This document shows, piece after piece, positions 24,713 through 33,258 of a DNA stretch of 39,127 bases (position 1 is its first letter; each line of letters opens with the position of its first letter). Both the position numbers and the translations under genes were made by a program. A model generated the notes under the pieces. It was given only the letters and a program-made list of their open reading frames with translations, did not search any database and was not told where the DNA came from. This stretch comes from a virus. Its lineage: Duplodnaviria; Caudoviricetes. Location: positions 1 to 39,127 of the IMG/VR virus record IMGVR_UViG_3300027323_000064; one strand, given 5' to 3'.

Positions 24713-25953
24713 CTCTTAACCCTCTTCAACAGGTCTTTTAGGCAATGTTCCGGACACTTATATGCTGTTCTAATTCTCCCGTCACTGATATACAATGCCA
24801 ATTGAGTTCCGTGCTTCGAGGTGCCCCAGTAAACTTCAGTTTCTTCAAGTCTTCCAATGAGCTTCCCAGTTCTCTTAACTTCTAATATCTCAAATATCTT
24901 AAATTTTTCTCGTGATGCATGTCTTACTGCATGTTTAACTCCATTGTGTGTGAAATTCTGATGCAAAGTGTCGAAGGTCTTGATAATCTGCTCCTGCATC
25001 TTAATCTTAGCAATTCCAATGAGCATTCTTGATTTCTCATTTCTCCTGAACTTATCAGCCAGATCAGAGATCATTCGTTCTTTTGTTCTCTTGTCCCCGA
25101 AGGAGATTGATGCAACATAGCGAGCTCCCTGATCCAAGTACATTTCATCCAACGCTTGCTTCGCCCACTCTTTCTTTTCTCGCTCGTAAACTTCAGCAGG
25201 AGTATCATACTTCGGATCATCAAAGAAGGGGATGGGCCGGCATCTGCAGTTAGGCTCCCCCATCACCTTCAAGGCAAGCTGTTCTTCTTCGCTCCCCACC
25301 TCGAAAATCTTGCCATGTAATGCTAAATGTTCAGGCCGGGTTCTTTCATCAGCAACAGCTGTATATCTCCACTTCCTTATACCAGCTTGCTTGTACCCTT
25401 CAATATGCCCTAAAGCGTATGCCTTCTTTGTTGCTGTCCTAGCAAGCATATTGGCATAAGCTTCAGTCTTGATTGTGACGTTCCGTTTGATTTTCTTTTT
25501 AACAAGTTTGAGCTTTCCTGAATATGGAGATACTTGAACTATTTCCCTGTATTGCCCTGCTCTTCTGAACGGTATGCGATCGCCGAAGGTTTTGAGCTTT
25601 TCTTGAAGCTGCTGCTTGATCTGCGTGTATGTCAGATTATTCTTTATGCCATCTTCAATTACATCTGTGAGATCCTTAGCAAGGTAGCCAAATGTTTCCT
25701 CCAGAATTGGGGAGAGTTCATTAATGACAGCATCAAGCCCTTGAACTCCAATTGATGTGGGTTGGACTGGGAGCTTTAACTGGTCGATTGCCTTCTCAGC
25801 ACCGGTGTAGTAGCTCATAGCGATGTACTTCGCAAGAATCTCTACAGCCCGCTTTCTAGCTTCAAGGGTTCTCTGCAGAATGAGAGTTTCAAGGACTCTT
25901 AGAGCTTCTTCATCAGGGGTTGCAAAATCAAAGATTTCAAATTCCGAGAGCAT
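24709..25953 (-). CDS. MuF/SPP1 gp7-like minor head protein with C-terminal extension
   Basis: LART, W.Y.A..DERTRPEH..LHG, PNCRC motifs; about 170 extra C-terminal residues. Confidence 0.88.
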   Translation of the reverse strand: MLSEFEIFDFATPDEEALRVLETLILQRTLEARKRAVEILAKYIAMSYYTGAEKAIDQLKLPVQPTSIGVQGLDAVINELSPILEETFGYLAKDLTDVIEDGIKNNLTYTQIKQQLQEKLKTFGDRIPFRRAGQYREIVQVSPYSGKLKLVKKKIKRNVTIKTEAYANMLARTATKKAYALGHIEGYKQAGIRKWRYTAVADERTRPEHLALHGKIFEVGSEEEQLALKVMGEPNCRCRPIPFFDDPKYDTPAEVYEREKKEWAKQALDEMYLDQGARYVASISFGDKRTKERMISDLADKFRRNEKSRMLIGIAKIKMQEQIIKTFDTLHQNFTHNGVKHAVRHASREKFKIFEILEVKRTGKLIGRLEETEVYWGTSKHGTQLALYISDGRIRTAYKCPEHCLKDLLKRVKR

Positions 25954-27346
25954 CTCTAAGCTCCTCTCTTAGTTTGAGTATTTCCTGTCTGAACTCTTCT
26001 CTTACGTCAACCGATGCCTTGAGAACAGGTTTCGGAACCCCCTTCTGAGTTGCTAAATCGATTGCTTTTAGTTTCTCTGAGAAGTTCTGCTCTTCATCTT
26101 CAGGAACTGGGTAACCGAGATCTTCAAAGAACTTCTTGAGCTGCCCTTCAGTCATGTATTGCACGAGAGGAATCATAATACGAATCTTCTCGAGCTGGTC
26201 CTCCGGTGTCAGGTCTTCAAACTGGAATTGTGGTGGCTCAACCCCCTTACCCAACTTAGCTTCAACATATGGTTTGATTAATTGGTCCTCGAGAACTTCA
26301 GCGAACAGAGCTCTTTCAGGTCTGATATCTCTTTCAAAGAACTGTAGCTGTATTTCCCCTACACTGCGGTTTGAGGATGTTGATTCTGTGAATGAATCTG
26401 CAAATCCCATGGATGCTATGAATTGATCTTCGATGTGTTGCTGGGCCCTTATAACTGCCATCGGATTGCCCTTGGTTTCGAGAATATCAACGTCCATACC
26501 CTCTGGCAGGAATATATCGAGGCCAGCTTTCAGTCCCTGCTTGATTTTGTCGATGATCTGCTTGCGACGACCCCACCATTTATCCGGGATTATGAATTTG
26601 AGCTTTGGATCCACGTGACGTTTGCCCATTATCGCCTGAGATTTCTCGAGCCCAAGCTTGTTCATGATTACAGTGTAGTTCTCCCGAAGCAACGAAATGC
26701 CATCGGGAGAATCGTGGTCAGGGTATCTAGGAATGAAAATCAGTTCGTCAGGCTTGAAGAAAATAGCTTTGTTCTCATGGCGTTTATCCCAGAACTGAGC
26801 AAAGCCGATTATATTATCTCCTGTTCCTGCTTTGAGCTCGCTTGCATAATCTGCGTATTCTGTAGATTTAAGAAACTCTTTGAGGTTCCTGACATCATCT
26901 TCATTATCCCGGAACACTGTCATTGTTTGCGGGGATACTCGCTTTACCTTGATGAGGTCCTTAGTTTTAGTCTCCCATACTGCCTCTAAGAAGCATCTGC
27001 CATAAACAAGCCAGTCCTTGAAGGCAAGGATGAGAACTGTTTTAAGATGGGTTTTGCGTGCCATCTGCCTGACGAGTTCAAGAGCTTTCTCATCTTCGCC
27101 AGCAAAGTCGAATGACATTGCGTTCTTTGCCAGTGAGCGAACTATACGAGCGATTTTACCCTGCTTGGCAGCCCATGAGCACCACTTATCCCAGCCACCC
27201 TCTGGCTGAAAGTCAGGAGTGTAGACTTGATCTGCAGAAGCTTTGTTTGCGAGCAGAGATAGCAAAGTATCTGCTGAGAGGTTGAAGAACTCATTTGTCT
27301 CTTTCAGCTCTACAGTTTCTCGCTTGAAAATATCGAATACACCCAT
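25937..27346 (-). CDS. Portal protein
   Basis: Between TerL and gp7; D.LVYG..F.E, P..M.V, F.PDE.I, GIS.L motifs. Confidence 0.85.
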   Translation of the reverse strand: MGVFDIFKRETVELKETNEFFNLSADTLLSLLANKASADQVYTPDFQPEGGWDKWCSWAAKQGKIARIVRSLAKNAMSFDFAGEDEKALELVRQMARKTHLKTVLILAFKDWLVYGRCFLEAVWETKTKDLIKVKRVSPQTMTVFRDNEDDVRNLKEFLKSTEYADYASELKAGTGDNIIGFAQFWDKRHENKAIFFKPDELIFIPRYPDHDSPDGISLLRENYTVIMNKLGLEKSQAIMGKRHVDPKLKFIIPDKWWGRRKQIIDKIKQGLKAGLDIFLPEGMDVDILETKGNPMAVIRAQQHIEDQFIASMGFADSFTESTSSNRSVGEIQLQFFERDIRPERALFAEVLEDQLIKPYVEAKLGKGVEPPQFQFEDLTPEDQLEKIRIMIPLVQYMTEGQLKKFFEDLGYPVPEDEEQNFSEKLKAIDLATQKGVPKPVLKASVDVREEFRQEILKLREELRDALGI

Positions 27347-27366
27347 GTTCTGATTGTCTTTAGGGG

Positions 27367-27385
27367 ATAATAAAAAGCAAAGTCA
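27367..27385 (-). promoter_or_regulatory. Late promoter motif (TGACTTTGC TTTTTATT)
   Basis: 39 nt before ATG 27346. Confidence 0.8.
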
Positions 27386-27419
27386 GGAAAGATTATTTAA
27401 CTAGTTTTTAAATTAAACC

Positions 27420-27656
27420 ATGGACCCGGAATTGAAAGAGTATCTAAATAAGCAGTTCAAGATTTCGGAAATAATGACTGCAGGCTTTACATTTATATCC
27501 ATAGGTTTTGCTTTTATGCTATTAGGTGTAGCTTTGTTTTTTGCTGGGGAATATTATTCGTCTAACATTATTGCAGGGGTCTTAGCAGCTTTTGTTGGAT
27601 GTCTTTTATACATCATGGCCGAGCCACTAGCTGAAAGAGTGCTTAAAAAAGATTAG
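27420..27656 (+). CDS. Small 2-TM membrane protein (accessory)
   Basis: Fills gap between portal and TerL; GAAAGATTATTTAA BRE/TATA-like element about 25 nt upstream. Confidence 0.75.
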   Translation: MDPELKEYLNKQFKISEIMTAGFTFISIGFAFMLLGVALFFAGEYYSSNIIAGVLAAFVGCLLYIMAEPLAERVLKKD

Positions 27657-28963
27657 AAGAAGTCCCAATCTGCTTCATCCGGTAGGGCCGAGTCTGCAGC
27701 ATATACACCCAATGCCAAAGCAATTACGCAATCATCATAGAGACCAGAGCGAGCTTCCATCTTAATGCCGGTCCTTGTCAGCTGATACTCAAAGAACTGC
27801 AGCTCCTTAACAAGTTCCTCAATATAAGGATACTTTACCTCTCCATTTTCTATAGCTGCCTGCAACCTCTGGATCAACTGGACCTTAGACTTTGATGTGA
27901 AGACGTAGCCTTCAGCTCCGATATCCTGCAGATCCTCAAGTACGGGATCCCCAACACCACTCGAGTCGATCAATACTTTGGCATAGTTGAATCGCTTGTA
28001 CAGTTCCTTCAACTTCATGATAGTTTCAGCATATGGCCTACGGTTGAAGCGCTGGAAGTGGACCAGTTTGAATGGTATTTCTGTAACATCGAGGACTATG
28101 ATAACAGTGTAGTCCTGATACTTTGCCAGATCGCAACCGATGACATATAACCTGCCTGACTCTCCCTTATCCTGAAAGTCGATATTTGCAACATTCTTCT
28201 GAATATCCTGCCACCTGAATACAGCATTTTGATCCTCAACGAACTCTGCAAGGTATTCAGTTCGGAAGATTATTGAATTCTCTCCGTATTCTTTCTTCTT
28301 TTTCTCGATGAATTCTCGTGAAATGTGTGGATTCACAGTTGAAGGGAAGTGGTAGCTGCTATAGTCCTCGAATTCCTCAGATTGGCCCTTCAGATAAGAA
28401 TCATAGAAGTGGTTTTTCCCGAATGGTGTTCCTATCTTGATCCAGGATCCGTTAACATCTGCAAGCATCGGCTCGACAACCTGACTGATAACCTCATCAG
28501 AAATGTAAGCGGCTTCATCCAATATTACCCTATGTGCTTTATGGCCTCTGAGGTATTCGGGCTTTGTTGTTGATCTTGCGTGGATCTCACTGCCATTTTT
28601 GAATATGATTTTGGAGAAGGGAGTTTTGTATATTCTTTCGACAAGGTGGACCATTATCGATTTTGATAGCAATGTTGTTATTTCCCAGAACATTATGTTT
28701 GCCTGGTTGTATGAGGGGGCAAGGATAAACTGAATGCTATCAGGATGTGTTATTGCGTAGTGGTTTGCTGAGAATGCCATGGCTTTTGTTTTTCCGAATC
28801 TTCTGCCTGCCACTATAGTTATGAATTGGTGACTGTCATGGAGGATTAACTCCTGAGCTTTGTGAGGTTCATGGTTGAGGAAGATCTGAGTAAATAATAC
28901 AGGGTCTTTTAAAACTTCTTTGCGTTTTTTCTTATTTATATTCTCAAAGTCAAGATCAATCAT
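27653..28963 (-). CDS. terL: Terminase large subunit
   Basis: Walker A AGRRFGKT, LRG, Walker B ILDEAA, GTP.G.N.FY, nuclease GCDLAK..DYT and DDCV.ALAL. Confidence 0.95.
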   Translation of the reverse strand: MIDLDFENINKKKRKEVLKDPVLFTQIFLNHEPHKAQELILHDSHQFITIVAGRRFGKTKAMAFSANHYAITHPDSIQFILAPSYNQANIMFWEITTLLSKSIMVHLVERIYKTPFSKIIFKNGSEIHARSTTKPEYLRGHKAHRVILDEAAYISDEVISQVVEPMLADVNGSWIKIGTPFGKNHFYDSYLKGQSEEFEDYSSYHFPSTVNPHISREFIEKKKKEYGENSIIFRTEYLAEFVEDQNAVFRWQDIQKNVANIDFQDKGESGRLYVIGCDLAKYQDYTVIIVLDVTEIPFKLVHFQRFNRRPYAETIMKLKELYKRFNYAKVLIDSSGVGDPVLEDLQDIGAEGYVFTSKSKVQLIQRLQAAIENGEVKYPYIEELVKELQFFEYQLTRTGIKMEARSGLYDDCVIALALGVYAADSALPDEADWDFF

Positions 28964-29430
28964 TCTTCTAATGTCTCGTTAATCCATCTCATCAATTTAG
29001 AGGTTGGGTCTTCTATATTCCCAGCGATCTCATGTTTTAGTTTAATTGCTCGAAGCATAGTATTGGCACAGACTTCAAGGCTTCTCGCTTTCTTCTCTGG
29101 GTCTATTGTCATGACGTATTTCTCCATCCTCGCTATAGTTGCATCAAGGGTTTTAATCTCATCTACAACTTTATCTGCTCCTTCATCGAGTTGCTGTTTT
29201 ACCTTCTCGTATTTCTCCACGCCAGCTTTGATAAAATTGAAGTGCTTCTTGTGGCGGTAGATGTTGTTCTTGTTGAGTTTGAGTTCCGGGAATTTTGTAA
29301 TGATCTCGCTGTAGGACCTACCTTCAATCAGCATTTTATTAATCTCCTCAAGATGCTCTGATTTGCAAATTTTGCAGCGAGGATCTATCAATCGAAGATT
29401 GTCATCACTTTCATCGTTTAGGTTACGCAT
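28960..29430 (-). CDS. terS: Terminase small subunit
   Basis: CKIC..H, HTH and RH..H motif; ATGA-coupled to terL. Confidence 0.7.
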   Translation of the reverse strand: MRNLNDESDDNLRLIDPRCKICKSEHLEEINKMLIEGRSYSEIITKFPELKLNKNNIYRHKKHFNFIKAGVEKYEKVKQQLDEGADKVVDEIKTLDATIARMEKYVMTIDPEKKARSLEVCANTMLRAIKLKHEIAGNIEDPTSKLMRWINETLEE

Positions 29431-29440
29431 GGTTACGCAT
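29421..29440. repeat. 10-bp tandem duplication GGTTACGCAT x2 covering the terS start
   Basis: Seen directly. Confidence 0.85.
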
Positions 29441-29451
29441 TCATCGGATGA

Positions 29452-29470
29452 ACTTTAAAAATGGGAGTCA
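29452..29470 (-). promoter_or_regulatory. Late promoter motif (TGACTCCCA TTTTTAAA)
   Basis: 40 nt before ATG 29430. Confidence 0.7.
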
Positions 29471-29511
29471 GTTTCAAAACAATTAAAATATTTCTAATAG
29501 TGGAAATAGAT

Positions 29512-29877
29512 ATGTCTGATAGTCTACTGGAGACCGGACAAATAATTGCAATAATAGGATTATATTTTAATATAATCGGAATACTTATCGGTGCGAGGAC
29601 ATTCTCAAAAATATTATTCAATCTAAACCAAAGTACGGGGGAGCTTGTATTCACAATCGTTACTGGAATTTTGGCAATTGCAACTGGTAGTACTCTAATG
29701 CTCTTTCTACCCGATTTTGATTTTGTTGAGTCTGCTTTTCTTTCTTTTATTTTTGCTGCGTTAATATTAGTATTTGTATTTTATATACAGCGGTACAAGT
29801 ATTTATCAGAGATTTTAGCCATCATTTTTATTGTTACTGGCTTTCTATTGCAAATTATTGCAATAACTCAAAAATAG
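29512..29877 (+). CDS. 4-TM membrane protein (accessory)
   Basis: Very hydrophobic, AT-rich; probable start MSDSLL rather than 29461. Confidence 0.7.
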   Translation: MSDSLLETGQIIAIIGLYFNIIGILIGARTFSKILFNLNQSTGELVFTIVTGILAIATGSTLMLFLPDFDFVESAFLSFIFAALILVFVFYIQRYKYLSEILAIIFIVTGFLLQIIAITQK

Positions 29878-29885
29878 AGATAAAA

Positions 29886-30674
29886 TTAGGAATTTTTAAT
29901 AAAATCAGAAAGAAGAAACCTCGCCCTTGGATCCCTGAGCTCCCTCATCTTTCGCATGATTAACTTGTAAAGTTCGGGATTTAGTCTTGCAATCTGCTTT
30001 TCCCAACCAAAGTGAGAAGTACAAGTCATGCAACCAGATCTCTCGACCTTCTCATAGAGCGGGTTCAGCGGGATTGAGTTCTCTTCAATAAACCTCCAGA
30101 CTTCGTAGGTACTCCAATACGCAATTGGATAAACGAACCAGTAACCCTTCTTCCTCACGAAATGCCAATCCCCATACCTTATTATGAGCCATTTCCTCTG
30201 ATAGCTCTCATCCCAAGTTAAGCCTGCCATTGTTGCTTCTATCCCAAGCTCCTTGATTTTCTCCTTCAAGGGCTTCTCTTTCATGTAGTAACAACATCGT
30301 GGAGTTCCAGGAGTTTTGTATCCATTTTTCATCTTGACCTTGCGGGGCCAAGGAAAGCCATATTCTCTAACACACTGCCAGAATGTCTTAATCGGCTTGA
30401 CTTCTATTAAATTGAGATCCCACTCCTCTGTAAGCTTACGAGCGAATTTTACAGTTTCAGGAAATTCAACGCCTGTATTTGCCCAGAGAACTGGAATATC
30501 TGGGTAAACTTCTCGTGCAAAGTAGAGAACTAAAACACTGTCTTTTCCAAAGCTGCATGAAACCGATAGTTTATCCCCGAACTCTTCGTATGCTTTCTTG
30601 ATTAATCCCCTTGTGTACTTTATTTTCTCCTCATAACTTACCTTGACTCTCTTGTCAAATTCTTCAAAATTCAA
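29886..30674 (-). CDS. Phosphoadenosine phosphosulfate reductase-family (PP-loop, Fe-S) protein
   Basis: SCSFGKDS PP-loop, NTGVEFPET, RCC..MKEKP, RSGCMTC. Confidence 0.9.
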   Translation of the reverse strand: MNFEEFDKRVKVSYEEKIKYTRGLIKKAYEEFGDKLSVSCSFGKDSVLVLYFAREVYPDIPVLWANTGVEFPETVKFARKLTEEWDLNLIEVKPIKTFWQCVREYGFPWPRKVKMKNGYKTPGTPRCCYYMKEKPLKEKIKELGIEATMAGLTWDESYQRKWLIIRYGDWHFVRKKGYWFVYPIAYWSTYEVWRFIEENSIPLNPLYEKVERSGCMTCTSHFGWEKQIARLNPELYKLIMRKMRELRDPRARFLLSDFIKNS

Positions 30675-30892
30675 GGAGAACCGCCTCTTCTTTTCTTCTT
30701 CCAGGATGGCTTATACGATGAGCAGGGTATAGGAAAGTCAATATCTACCCACGTCCCAGGACCATGTGGAGCATCTCTGCTGTAACAACAAGCTATCCCT
30801 CTAACGATTATTTTTGCTTTTGAACATGTCCTGCAGCGTTGATCAAACTCTCGAAGTTTAGTCTGGATTAGAACCACGCTCCTTATCTCCAT
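30671..30892 (-). CDS. Cys-rich small protein
   Basis: CxxC..CC..C; start uncertain. Confidence 0.55.
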   Translation of the reverse strand: MEIRSVVLIQTKLREFDQRCRTCSKAKIIVRGIACCYSRDAPHGPGTWVDIDFPIPCSSYKPSWKKKRRGGSP

Positions 30893-31322
30893 TCCTACTA
30901 ACAAGATCAAGAACAAGCAACCTAACAACTTCAGCAGCTTTATCCTCACCAACATAAGGTGTGATTCTGTCCCTGAAGTTCTCGATTTCAGAAACTATCA
31001 TAGCTCTTTTGTCGGGTAATCTCTTCTCAATAATCTTGTAAACATCTGAATGTCTTGTAAGATTGAGTCTTTCACGAATATCCTCAAGAAAATTGTAATC
31101 TTCTAACAATATATCCAGAACCTCATAGAAATGTTGCTTTCCATGTCGTAATGCTATTTCATTTAAAATTGGTTGCTGGTAGTTTTTGATTCTTTGGAGA
31201 TTAGATTTAAATTTTGTTAACAAAATATTAGAATTTGTTAACTTGTTAACATGTTCCGAAGAAGTACCTGTTAACTCCTTACTGAATCTTACCGAATTTT
31301 TCTCCTTCTCCACACTACTCAT
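30858..31322 (-). CDS. Hypothetical protein, candidate origin-associated protein
   Basis: AGAGGAG RBS before ATG 31322; GTTAAC repeats in its 5' part. Confidence 0.55.
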   Translation of the reverse strand: MSSVEKEKNSVRFSKELTGTSSEHVNKLTNSNILLTKFKSNLQRIKNYQQPILNEIALRHGKQHFYEVLDILLEDYNFLEDIRERLNLTRHSDVYKIIEKRLPDKRAMIVSEIENFRDRITPYVGEDKAAEVVRLLVLDLVSRNGDKERGSNPD

Positions 31323-31547
31323 ATTTTTATCTCCTCTCTGAGTTTTTATCTCCAAACTAAGATATATACAACTCAGAGGTAACTATATCCAAATTTTATT
31401 ACATTGACACGGTAATTTCTGAAAATTTTTATTAGTTCTATGAATGATTTAATCAGCATTAAGTTGGGGATACTTTCGCAGATTTTGTTAACAGTTAACA
31501 GCTTGTTAACAGGATACTTGTTAACAGATTTTGGTATTCTGTTAACA
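31212..31547. repeat. Nine GTTAAC (mostly TGTTAACA) palindromes around an AT-rich spacer; candidate replication origin
   Basis: Copies start at 31216, 31237, 31245, 31270, 31487, 31494, 31505, 31520, 31541. Confidence 0.7.
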
Positions 31548-31575
31548 GAATAAAAAATAAGGTATAGGTTCAAGG

Positions 31576-31767
31576 TTATAACCTCCTGTGTATTCTGACC
31601 ATGTCCTCTATCTCTTCCTCGAGTCTGTCAATTCTAAGCTGAAGGAAAGTATCATAAGCCTCTCCTACGCTGCAGAACTTATCAACGTGAGTCTTTGCCT
31701 GATTTCTGATAGACCTGATTTCTTTGAGAATTTCGAGTTTGATTCTGATTAGTTCTGTCTGGTTCAT
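31576..31767 (-). CDS. Hypothetical protein
   Basis: ATGA coupling, GGAGGG RBS. Confidence 0.65.
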   Translation of the reverse strand: MNQTELIRIKLEILKEIRSIRNQAKTHVDKFCSVGEAYDTFLQLRIDRLEEEIEDMVRIHRRL

Positions 31768-32150
31768 GCTCCCTCCAGTTTTTTGAATCTGATAACCATA
31801 AACTCCATATCCCTGTACTTGCTACCGTATTTTTTACGAAACCAGTATAACATCTCATGAAAACACTCGAAACCATCTCGTTGAGCTAATTCATCAAGAT
31901 TTTGTCTTAAATGCTGGAATGGTTCAAGATAATCGTTGTATAGTTTTTTAAAAGACGCTAATTTGAAAATTTCAACCAGTTCAGCATCAAACAGCTTCTC
32001 ACACTGCTTAGTTCTTTGCTTCCAGTAGATTTGCAATCTTTTGGCGTTCTTTATCTGATTGTAACGTTTCTCAGAATATGGCCTAATTGTCTGGTCTTTT
32101 TCTCCTGAAAGTAGCTTATCTTTGAACATGCTGAAAGAAATGGCAACCAT
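31764..32150 (-). CDS. ASCH/PUA-like domain protein
   Basis: F..F.D.LLSGEK.QTIR and LAQRDGF motifs. Confidence 0.8.
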   Translation of the reverse strand: MVAISFSMFKDKLLSGEKDQTIRPYSEKRYNQIKNAKRLQIYWKQRTKQCEKLFDAELVEIFKLASFKKLYNDYLEPFQHLRQNLDELAQRDGFECFHEMLYWFRKKYGSKYRDMEFMVIRFKKLEGA

Positions 32151-32404
32151 TAATCAACCTCCAGCTTCATCTGCGTTTTCGGAATCCATTTCAAACCTCT
32201 ATTAGTCTCAATAAGCACCTTATCCTCATTAACATCTTTTTTCTCGATGATTAACAGACTGCAAATGTAGAAACCCTCTGGAAGCTCTACTTTACCCCTA
32301 ACGTCTGAAGAATCTCTGACTTCTTCAAGCCAGAATATGCAAGGTGTGTCGCATTCAAATTCATACCCTTGAGACTCAGCTTCTAACTTTGCTTTGCACT
32401 TCAT
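32150..32404 (-). CDS. Hypothetical protein
   Basis: Coupled at both ends. Confidence 0.65.
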   Translation of the reverse strand: MKCKAKLEAESQGYEFECDTPCIFWLEEVRDSSDVRGKVELPEGFYICSLLIIEKKDVNEDKVLIETNRGLKWIPKTQMKLEVD

Positions 32405-33135
32405 TCCTCGACCTCAATTCTCGGAGCAACAATATACTCAACTGTAGCTTTCTCGTCAATATCAAAGATGAGCCATACAGGATAGTTAGTTCCTAATTTT
32501 ACTGTCAACTCGTTACCATTTTGAGCGACCTTGGCTACTTCTTTCATATATTCAATCGAGAACATGCTCTTCGCTTTTGCTCTGTTGAAATCCTTCAATT
32601 CACTTCCGTCTAAACTGAAAGTGATTTTATCTACATCCCCTTCAGCCTCAATGCTGAATTCTTCTTTAGAGCTGTTGAATGTCAGTCTGTCATCAATTTT
32701 CTCACATACCTGAACAGCTTTCTTGAACTCTCCTGCATCAAAGACAATTTCAGCCGGCAATTCGAGACTTGGTATTTTAGGCTCTTTCTTTATTGCTGAA
32801 GGATCTATTAAGCTTGATGAATACTTAGTATTTCCGTTTTTGACTACCAGACTCTCATCTTCTGTCCACAAATCTATAAGCTCATCTTTCTTAGCAGATT
32901 TGATAAAATCGTAAACTCTATTGACGTCAACCCCTATCAATTCCTCGTCTTTGTTGATCTTGTAAGCCTCAAAAGAGTCCTTCGGAACGTTAGCAATCAC
33001 CATGGCAACATTAGCAGGGTCAACAGCCCTGACGTGCATTCCTTCTTCATCGAATCTGAATCTTGCTTCTTCTACCAATATGTGCAAACCCTTCAGCACG
33101 GTTTTGAGGATTTCAGATTTCAGAATAACGTTCAT
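32401..33135 (-). CDS. pcn: PCNA (DNA sliding clamp)
   Basis: RAVDPANVAMV, IGVD, LIDPSAI.KEP.IP.LELPA, SMFSIEY, LGTNYPV, APRIE. Confidence 0.97.
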   Translation of the reverse strand: MNVILKSEILKTVLKGLHILVEEARFRFDEEGMHVRAVDPANVAMVIANVPKDSFEAYKINKDEELIGVDVNRVYDFIKSAKKDELIDLWTEDESLVVKNGNTKYSSSLIDPSAIKKEPKIPSLELPAEIVFDAGEFKKAVQVCEKIDDRLTFNSSKEEFSIEAEGDVDKITFSLDGSELKDFNRAKAKSMFSIEYMKEVAKVAQNGNELTVKLGTNYPVWLIFDIDEKATVEYIVAPRIEVEE

Positions 33136-33141
33136 TCTTAA

Positions 33142-33258
33142 TCAACTCCTCTCAATCCTCTCCTTAATCAAATCCATCAACCAGCATTCCCTCACGCAAA
33201 AATATTCGGGAAAAAATACACCCTTACAATTGACGCATGGGCTGAAGCTCTCTATCAT
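33142..33258 (-). CDS. 38-aa Cys4 microprotein (MIESFSPCVNC...CVREC...)
   Basis: Hand-translated; ATGA coupling. Confidence 0.55.
   Translation of the reverse strand: MIESFSPCVNCKGVFFPEYFCVRECWLMDLIKERIERS

Noticed and set aside
29433-29654. Minus-strand 73-aa ORF
   Set aside because: Antisense to the membrane-protein gene and runs across the terS promoter
31373-31573. 66-aa ORF with VNK repeats
   Set aside because: Peptide repeats simply reflect the GTTAAC DNA repeats; no RBS seen
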